Of a stretch of 64,000 nucleotides of DNA, positions 54,668 through 64,000 are shown one piece after another. The translations under genes and the position numbers were made by a program. The stretch comes from Octopus vulgaris (lineage: Eukaryota). The notes beneath the pieces were generated by a model, which saw nothing but the letters and a program-made list of their open reading frames with translations, was not told the DNA's origin and made no database searches. Position 1 is the first letter of the stretch. Each line of letters opens with the position of its first letter. The DNA lies in contig OX597818.1 of the NCBI GenBank assembly GCA_951406725.2, positions 20,460,001-20,524,000 of the forward strand, in the 5' to 3' direction.

Positions 54668-54778
54668 ATATAATAAATGTATTTAAAGGGAATAATTATA
54701 AATTTTTCCCTTATATGGTTTTCAAGCTGACTACTTAAAACTTTCTTATATAGATTTTATCCTATATTCAATTTCAAA

Positions 54779-54849
<71 letters not shown>

Positions 54850-54936
54850 TGTGTGCATGTATTATATATAAAATCATTGATTAGAGAACAAACATCAAAT
54901 ATATATATATTGCATATATATTTTTTACCTTCTGTG

Positions 54937-54999
<63 letters not shown>

Positions 55000-55180
55000 T
55001 GAAGACCATGGTATTATTAATATGTGTTGAAATGTGTAGAAGGGTGTTCTCTAATTAATGACTTCTTGTCTCTGTCTCAGTTTCACTTGAGCACTTTTTT
55101 TGCAGTTTTATATATATATACTTTTGTTTCCATAAAACGAAAATTATTTCTTGTTATACATACATATATACATACATATA

Positions 55181-55251
<71 letters not shown>

Positions 55252-55341
55252 ATGTATACATACATACATACATATGTATGTATCTATGTATGTATATGTT
55301 TATACTCACACTATGTATATACGTATATACACATATGTTTG

Positions 55342-55402
<61 letters not shown>

Positions 55403-55934
55403 GTATATGTATGTATGTATACACACATAAACATACGTATGTATGTTTTGTATGTATGTAAATAAGTTATGCATATATGTATAGCCATCTTTGGAATGTG
55501 TTTCGTAAAAGAATAACATAACCCGATGTTATGTTGAAAAATATGCTTGTCTAAATATTAGTTCTTTTGAGTAGAAACAAGGCCTTATGTCTTTTAGGTA
55601 AGGAAATAAATGGGATGTTTTCATTTTCGTGTTTCCTCGAAGGGTGGGACAGCAAAGAAAATGAAGTGATATAAGAGAACTTGTTTCAAGAACTGGAAGC
55701 AGGGTTTTAGGCATGGTTTTTGTTGTGCTTTAACCTCCCACCACCAAAATCACCACCACCACCACCAGGTTAAGTCTCATTTTGCAATGCTTTTCATCAA
55801 AGCATTCCATTCCAGCAAAAGCCCTTGCAGATTTAGACTCTTGTAACGGAAACCTAGCATGGCTGCAGTCTGATTAGTGAAACTGGTCGAAGAATAAAAA
55901 AAATAGCAACACATCACATAGAGTGTATATCTAG

Positions 55935-56148
55935 AAGGTGGCGAAATGCTTAGCGGTATTTCGTCTGTCTTTGCGTTCTGAGTTCAAATTCCGCCGAGAT
56001 CGAGTTTGCCTTTCATCCTTTCGGGGTCGATAAATTAAGTACCAGTTACGCACTGAGGTCGATGTATTCGACTTAATCCGTTTGTCTGTCCTTGTTTGTC
56101 CCCATATGTTTAGTTCCTTTTGGGCAATAAAGAAATAAGAAATAAGAA
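55935..56148 (+). mobile_element. Nin/Deu-like SINE with (AAGAAAT)n tail
   Basis: GAGTTCAAATTCCGCCGAG...GCCTTTCATCCTTTCGGGGTCGATAAATTAAGTACCAG. Confidence 0.9.
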
Positions 56149-56435
56149 TGTATTCTTGACGAATCATTCTGTTATTACTCAGAGTTTCTCGGTAGGAGCC
56201 ATCTTCAACACGCAACAAATGTGCACACACACACACACACACACACAGAAAGATACACACATATATATATATATAAGTGTATGTGTGTGTGTGTTTGTGT
56301 GTCTCTGTGTCTGTGTTGACAGGTAACCTTCAACTTTTCTGTCCAATATGTTTTTAACCCAATATTTTACACGCTATTCTTTATAGCGCATCAACTGCTT
56401 CTGGTTTCACTAATGCAAACAGAAAAATAGATTAT

Positions 56436-56593
56436 GCAGAAGTGGCTGTGTGGTAAGAAGCTTGCTTACCAACCACGTGGTTCCGGGTTCAGTCCCACTG
56501 CGTGGCACCTTTGGCAAGTGTTTCCTCTATAGCTTCGGGCTGACTAAAGCCTTCTGAGTGGATTTGGTAGACGGAAACTGAAAGAAGCCCGTC

Positions 56594-56640
<47 letters not shown>

Positions 56641-56833
56641 TTCATCTGTCCCCCCTACTATCGCTTGACAACCGATATTGGTGAGTTTACGTCCCCGTAA
56701 CCTCGCGGCTCAGCAAAAAAAGACCGATAGAATAAGTACTAGGCTTACAAAGAATAAGTCCTGGGGTCAATTTGTTCAACTAAATGCGGTACTCCAGCAT
56801 AGCCGCAACCAGATGACCGAAACAAATAAAAGA
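56436..56833 (+). mobile_element. Full-length CORE-like SINE
   Basis: GTGGCTGTGTGGTAAGAAG...CGGGTTCAGTCCC...(TG)n...CAGCATAGCCGC...GAAACAAATAAAAG. Confidence 0.9.
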
Positions 56834-56840
56834 GTATATA

Positions 56841-56871
<31 letters not shown>

Positions 56872-56874
56872 ATA

Positions 56875-58093
56875 CACAGAGTGCGATGGGTAAATTGTCG
56901 CCATTTTATACTTTTATTTCGCTTATGCGCATTGTTTGTTATTGATTTTGTTGACTACACAGTATGGTAGGGTCAGTTGGGCACCGTCTGTGTGAAAAAC
57001 AGCACCATGATGCAATTCACTCTGCTACAAATTTTGAAACGATATGCTGCACTGCTTGGCATTCGCGCCAGGAACTCCAATACGAACATTTCAGGGAGTT
57101 TGGGTGTCAAAATGGGGACAATGCATTGGATTCGGCAAGAGTTGGATGAGTCTAATGGTGATTAAGAAAGTACGGCTGCACGAAAAACTCACTTTGATCA
57201 TTCTGATACGAAAAGAGATCCAGGCCATGATTGACAACGATTTCTCCAAGTTAATCAGGTCCATCGCCAGGAATATGGGAGTGACTAAGTTTCTTATCAG
57301 GTAGGTAGTGCATGAAGACATTCGGTATTCCTCATACAAAATGAGAAAGGGCCACTTTTTATCCCAAGAGATCAAGGACAAGAGTTGAAGACAGCGCTAA
57401 GAAGCTTTTGAACAAACTCGAGCATTCCCTCCAACCGAACATGCTTTGCTTTTTCTCAGACGAGAAAAAATTCTACCAGGATCAGATGAACACACAGAAC
57501 GACCGTTGGCTTGCCGTGTCCCCAAAACATGTACCTAGAATGATAAAAAGCAAACCTCCAATCAACATCATGGTATTTGGAGTGATCACTAGTGATGGCG
57601 ACGTTATGCCTCGATTCATCTTCCCACACGGCCTCAAACTCAACACGGAGGCCTACATCAAGTACCTGGAGGAGGTAGTGCTGCCCTGGGTCAAGCGGGT
57701 GGCTAATGGAAGATTCTATGTCTGGCAACATGCCGCACAAGCAAGAGAACTCAGTCATGCCTGTTAGACAATTTCTGCGACTAGATCACACCTAACATCT
57801 GGCCACTAACTCCCCAGATTGCAACTCCCTTGATTATGATGTGTGGGGCGCAGTTGAGCGAGAGACCAACAAAACTCCTTGTAACATCAAAGATCAACTG
57901 AAAGAAAGGATTATGGCAGCATTCACCAACTTAAACAAGGAGAACGTCCAGAAGAACTACAGGAGATTCCGAAGTTGTCTGGAGGTCGTGGTTGAAGCCA
58001 ATGGCGATTTTATTTAATAAATTTATTCCTTTGTATTTCAAGATACTTTTATGTAATTTTGGTAAATATATCTGTTAATGAGTTGTCAGTGTT
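56875..58093 (+). mobile_element. maT/DD37D-like Tc1/mariner transposon relic
   Basis: FFSDEKKF, NTQNDRW, MVFGVITSDG, YVWQ and NSPDCNSLDYDVWG, with frameshifts and stops. Right TIR not seen. Confidence 0.85.
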
Positions 58094-58100
58094 ATATATG

Positions 58101-58155
<55 letters not shown>

Positions 58156-58210
58156 TTATATATATATACATGCATACATACGTTCGGAGGAACGTACATA
58201 CATACAAACG

Positions 58211-58354
<144 letters not shown>

Positions 58355-58380
58355 CATACATACATACATACATACATACA

Positions 58381-58416
<36 letters not shown>

Positions 58417-58821
58417 TAAGTATGACTCCAGATTGAGTGTAAACAAACCATGCAACACACCATCATGTGTATGCAAGACAAAATGGCAGTCGACAAAACA
58501 AACACACACTAATGTATTCGTTTAATCTCTTCTTAAATTTGAACTTTTCCATACACATTTGACAAGATTTAATAATGTGAGTTAATACTCAATCCGAATG
58601 TGAAACCAAATGGTAGCATCAAAACGATCTTAAACGACATCTCTGCATCAATTGTTGTTTGCCAAGATATTCAACTTTAAGTATTTAAATCTCTTTAATC
58701 TATTTTACCGCTGATCTCTTAGATTCGGTTTTCAAAAGCGTATTTACACTAATACATACTTTCAGTTTCCTAACTTGGTATTGAGTATTCTTGCGTTTGA
58801 AGGTGTGCTACTTATGTAATA

Positions 58822-59208
<387 letters not shown>

Positions 59209-59510
59209 ATACAATTATATTCATTAGTTGGTAACTAATCTTCACTATCTTGCTGCTCGGAGTTTAAGGCTGATTTATATACGTTGTGTGTGTGTATGTC
59301 TGTGTGTGTGTGGCTGTCTTTTACTCGGCATGTGCTTCTGTGTACGTGCGTGTGCATGTGCATATATGTGTGTGTGTGTGTGTGGATGGCGGCATGCGTG
59401 CGTGTTTATTTTAATATATGGTCAAGAATATCTCTGTCTCAATATTTGAACAAGACATTGTTAGGAAGTAAAAACAAAAGAAAACATAATATAATTAAAG
59501 TAGTTTTTAA

Positions 59511-60300
59511 GGCAGCGAGCTGGCAGAATCGCTAGCAGGTCAGGCAATGTGCTTAACGACATTTCGTCTGTCTTTACGTTCTGAGTTTAAATTCCGCCGA
59601 GGTCGACTTCGCTTTTCATCATTTTGGGGACGGTAAATTAATTATCAGTTGCGTGCTGGGGTCGGTCTAATTGACTGGCCCCCTCCCCCAAAATTTCAGG
59701 CCTTGTACCTTGAGTAGAAAAGAATCGCTAGCAGGGCAAAATGCTTAATGGCATTTCGTTCGTCTTTGCGTTCTGAGTTCCGCCAAGGTTGACTTTAACT
59801 TTCATCCTTTCGGATGAGTACTGAGTATTGAGGTCGATGTAATCGACTTACCCCCTCCACAAAATTGCTGGCCTAGTGCCAAAATTTGATACCAATATAA
59901 TTATAACAGATTCTGAGATGGGAACAAGGTTACAATTTTGGGGGATATGACTAGTACTTTATTTTAATGATCCTGGAAAATGAAACACAAAGTTGACCTC
60001 GGCGGGATTTGAATCCAAAACATAAAAGTCCAAATAAATGCCGTCGCTTTAATGATTCTATCAAGCAACCATCCTTATTGTTTTTAGCATAAGGCACAAA
60101 ACCACCAATTTGGGGATAGGAGTATAGTTAATTATTTCTACGTCAGTTGCCCTGTTTTTCTCCGTGGCTAAGAACCACACTGTATCTTATCGACCCTGTA
60201 GTGATGAAAGGTAAAGTTAACTTTAACAGGATTTGAACTTAGAACGTAAAGAGCCACAGTAAATACCGCGCTGCAGTTTGCTTGACGGTCCAATTATTCG
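59511..60300. mobile_element. Cluster of Nin/Deu-like SINEs: two on plus (59511-59900), then two degraded copies on minus
   Basis: GGCAGCGAGCTGGCAGAATCG head. Reverse copies carry AAAGTTGACCTCGGCGGGATTTGAA. Confidence 0.8.
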
Positions 60301-61317
60301 CCAATCCAATATAATTAGTTTATAATTATAATAATTATGTTTCACCAATGTAATTTGTTGTTTGAAGGAAGATTTGATCAACTAACCCTCATCCTTGGTT
60401 TACAATCAAGTAAATATGCGAAGAACAGAGAAGAAAGAAAAAAGAGGGGGGGATAAAAAGGGACGATAAAGAGACAAACAGTAAAAAAAAAAAGAAGAAA
60501 AGAAAACAAGAGACATAAAGCAAAGAAGATAGAAAGAAAGAAGAGAGGAGAGTAAAAGACAGAGAGAGAGAGAGAGAGACGGAGAGATGGAGCGAGGGAA
60601 GGAAATGAAGAAAAGTGGAGGAAAGTGAGAGCGGAAGAAAGGGAGTAAGAAGGTCATTGGTGATTGAGAAGTTTGAATGACGGCAGCTATTGGTAGAGGC
60701 GTCGTAACCACAACAAACACACCTTTGTGCGACAAAGCCATATTAATAATAATGTTTCTAATTAACTGGATGGCAGTTGGGAATTCCCCTTGGAGAATTT
60801 CTGGCAAATTCCCCAACCACCACCAGCACCAGCACCGCCACCAACATAAATGATTAAATATAATAAATAAATAAATAAATAAATAAATAAATAGATAGAT
60901 AAAAAAAACAGAACAACATAATATCAGAAGATATATTAAAGACTTCCATTTATTTATCCGAACTATTACTACTGCTGCTGCTGCTACTGGTGTTGCTAAT
61001 ATAACTGCAACTTCTACTGCTGCTACTGCTGCTGCTGCTGCTACTAATACTATCGATGATGATGGTGATGATGATGATGATTTTCTTTTATGTACCGGAT
61101 GAGGAGGATATTACAAATTGTGTGTAGGGGTGGGGTTTATATAAAAAGGGAGTAGGAAAGCAATGAGACGAGAAGTACAAATAGTATAAAAAATATAGGA
61201 ACCTACAAATGATACAGTCGTCCTGATAGAAGAGAAGTTCCAGCTTAAGTCAATCAAAGAACCCCACAGTTCCATGATGACCCTGATCACCAAGGCCACT
61301 ATCCATAGTCCAAGGTA

Positions 61318-61682
61318 TTTAGTTAAGCTTTTCGCTGCCTATGGCGCATGGGCCATCGACAACATTTTTTCCACTGATCTCGACTTTGAGCTGTCCTGAT
61401 GGTCAGAAGAGCAGTTGGCGTTGCAACCTCCATTTTGATTTTGCTGCACCGAAGGCCTTTCTCTCCCAGATCTTGTTCGCTTTGAATTGTCATTGTTACT
61501 TCTGAAACTTTACTTTCGGGGCGTTAGGCCTTTGCAAACCCACTTTTCCCTCTGGGAAAGCATAGCCTCTTTTAGTGTGCTTCTATCCTTTGATCATCAG
61601 AATCGGATGCCCACCGGGAGCTTGAACTCCGCTTACATAACTCTCGGGGTCATTGAGACACAATCCACTCCCCATTGTTCTC
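61318..61682 (-). mobile_element. Internally deleted RTE-derived element (5' UTR-like part joined to an RTE 3' end)
   Basis: 3' end translates to VVDGPCAIGSEKLN*, like RTE C-termini. The 5' part GTCTCAATGACCCCGAGAGTTATG..GCTCCCGGTGGG resembles RTE 5' UTRs. Confidence 0.5.
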
Positions 61683-62185
61683 GAATCTACAAGCGCATAC
61701 TTAGAGTAGATCCATTCACCTTAACTCTTTTAGTTAAAGATACCCACCTTTTGAAAAATTTACTGGAAGAGAGCTTTTCCCTTTCCATCCTCAATTTACT
61801 TCCAGGTAAATTTTGTCTAGGTTTAATTTCTTTGCTGCTCCACCAGGAGAATTTTTATTGTTGCCGTTGTGGCTGTTGTTGATGTTGCTGTTGCTGTTGT
61901 TGTTGTTGTGGTTCTCTCTCAGCCCTGACCAATCAGACCTGTGATGATGAGGTTGTCGGTCAAACGATGATGTGCAACCTACATGCTTCTGCTCCAAATC
62001 ATCTCTGTTCAAGAACCACACTGAACACGCCAGCATGCAATGACGAATCGTATTGGAATGGGTGTTGCATGACTCTTTGTTCGCCCTCTGTTTTTCAGTC
62101 CTATTCTTGTTTACTCGCAGATTCTGGTTGTGCACGTGCTGTGTAGGTTGTGTTAATAGAATTAGAAGAGGATTACGCAGAAAGC

Positions 62186-62282
<97 letters not shown>

Positions 62283-62458
62283 CATTTGTTGTTATTGATG
62301 TTGTTGATGATGATGATCATCATGGGTTTTTTTATTATATTCATGTGTAGACGTTTCCGTGTTTATAAATTTGACAAGAACACAATATTACTTACCAAAC
62401 CTGACGACTCCAGATGTGGTTCAAGTGATCTTTTCTTTCGAGTGCTCTCTCCCTCCCT

Positions 62459-62515
<57 letters not shown>

Positions 62516-62989
62516 CACACTCTCGCACACGCTTTCTCTCTTACACATACACACTCATTCTCAATCCTTCTCTCTCTCACTTTCTCTCAATATCATTATA
62601 CGCGTAATAGCACATATTTCATACGTTTCTTACTTTGTTGTTTGTCTTTTCTCTCTTCTCTCTCTTTTCCACTTATTTCTTCTCTCCTTATTTCTCCTCT
62701 CCTCTTCACTCCCTTCTCCCCGTTTCTGTCTTCTTCGCCTCTTTTGTCCCCTTTAATTTTTTTATTCATTTTCCATCTCAAAGTCACAAAAGAAAGATTC
62801 GTTAATACCAGCACCCCAAAAAGTTGACTATAGGATCTAATTGCTCACTAAAGGTCAACCCAACCAACCAGATCCGAACCCACCGACTCACAAATAAAAT
62901 CTGTAAAAACAACAGATGCTGCGAAACAGGTGTTAGGACGCCCAACACCAAGCAGTTGTAAAGGATAAATAGATAAAGTCTTTCGAGGA

Positions 62990-63720
62990 TCCTCAGCCAG
63001 ACACTGGCCTTTTAATAAACCCCCAAAAGAATGATAACAGTTCCAGTGGAAACAGGCTTTCTAAAGTGGTTGCCCTTTGATGACAGAATCACTGCTGCGA
63101 TACTCCAGGTAGTCCATATAGAAGAACTGGTTACACTGCTGTTGTGCTCCGAGCTTTCACCGAGAAAATGTGTGGTCTAAGAATTGTCCTAATGTACGCA
63201 TACTAGCCAACTGGTTTGTCAACTATATGGACATGTTTATGGGTTTACATTATGTACCTCGTACGTGGAGACTCTTACTACTTCGACAGATGACGGTTCA
63301 ACAAGACACAGACGATGGCCTTCACTCTGTAGCCGCCTATGTACAGAATCAAAGCTGAAGACGTCCAGTAGCATCCACTAGTTGTCCTCGTTGCCTCTTT
63401 CTCTACCACACCAGGACTTGTGAAGTGTTGTGTTAATGTTGGTTGTTTTAGTTTCCTGAACAACCTGCACGATGAATATTATTATAGTGGACATTGCTTG
63501 TGCAGAACTAGTCCCACTCTCTCATCTTTTCAACCTGTATTGGTCCCGTGCAACAAGTAGCATACAAGAGGTCAGTAGTTATCAGGATGCAGGATTTGTA
63601 TGGAGTTACTTTACTTGGCTGAGCTGCTAAAGAACTGAAGGGCCTCACTTGTCCTGGATCCGTTGAGGTGTCCGTTGAGTAATCTTCTAGCGAAGGCAAT
63701 TTCATGGTTTGCTAATGAAC
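62990..63720 (-). mobile_element. Highly degraded LINE-like (possibly RTE) relic
   Basis: Weak resemblance only; no clean motif. Confidence 0.25.
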
Positions 63721-63966
63721 ACATTAGCTGGGACGCCGAGAGATGCTACTACTCAGAATATGACCTTAAACTGTAACTTGTCGTAGGGCCCTGGTTCAGG
63801 AGTTCCAGTATTTTGAGGAGTGCGGAACCCCCTTTTAGCCACTATTGTTCCCTGTTTTTTCTGACCCGAAGTAGTAGTACCTGTCAGGTTCCAGCTATGG
63901 TGGGAGATGAACTTAACGTTCCTCACTGGATATAATAATGTGGCCGATATTACGTCGGAAGCTTAA

Positions 63967-64000
63967 AGCGGCGAGCTGGCAGCATCGTTAGCACGCCGAG
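63967..64000 (+). mobile_element. Head of a Nin/Deu-like SINE cut by the window edge
   Basis: GCGGCGAGCTGGCAGCATCGTTAGCACGCCG. Confidence 0.8.

Overview
AT-rich, microsatellite-saturated eukaryotic DNA. Its repeat families look like a coleoid cephalopod, probably Octopus (inferred from recalled repeat families, not verified). There is no intact protein-coding gene, and almost all ORFs in the track are translations of simple repeats. The window holds: three Tc1/mariner-superfamily relics; MITEs; a Mutator-like foldback element; a Helentron-type element; many R4/Dong-like RLE LINE fragments sitting in (TAA)n; RTE relics; three tRNA-derived SINE families; and two decayed Penelope-like element (PLE) coding fragments (RT and GIY-YIG). 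Several minus-strand exon-like segments (32.7, 25.2, 19.6, 3.2 and 1.2 kb) suggest the region is mostly intron or 5' UTR of a long minus-strand transcript. The main observation is a set of short PLE-type palindromic or terminal elements carrying minimal type I hammerhead ribozyme motifs. Across unrelated elements the core varies at the tertiary 3:8 pair in a compensatory way: canonical C3:G8, A3:U8 (9.7-9.9 kb), G3:C8 (41.4-41.6 kb) and G3.U8 (54.35 kb), plus U4C and A6U variants. Standard CUGANGA searches would miss most of these. All coordinates and pairings were read by eye.
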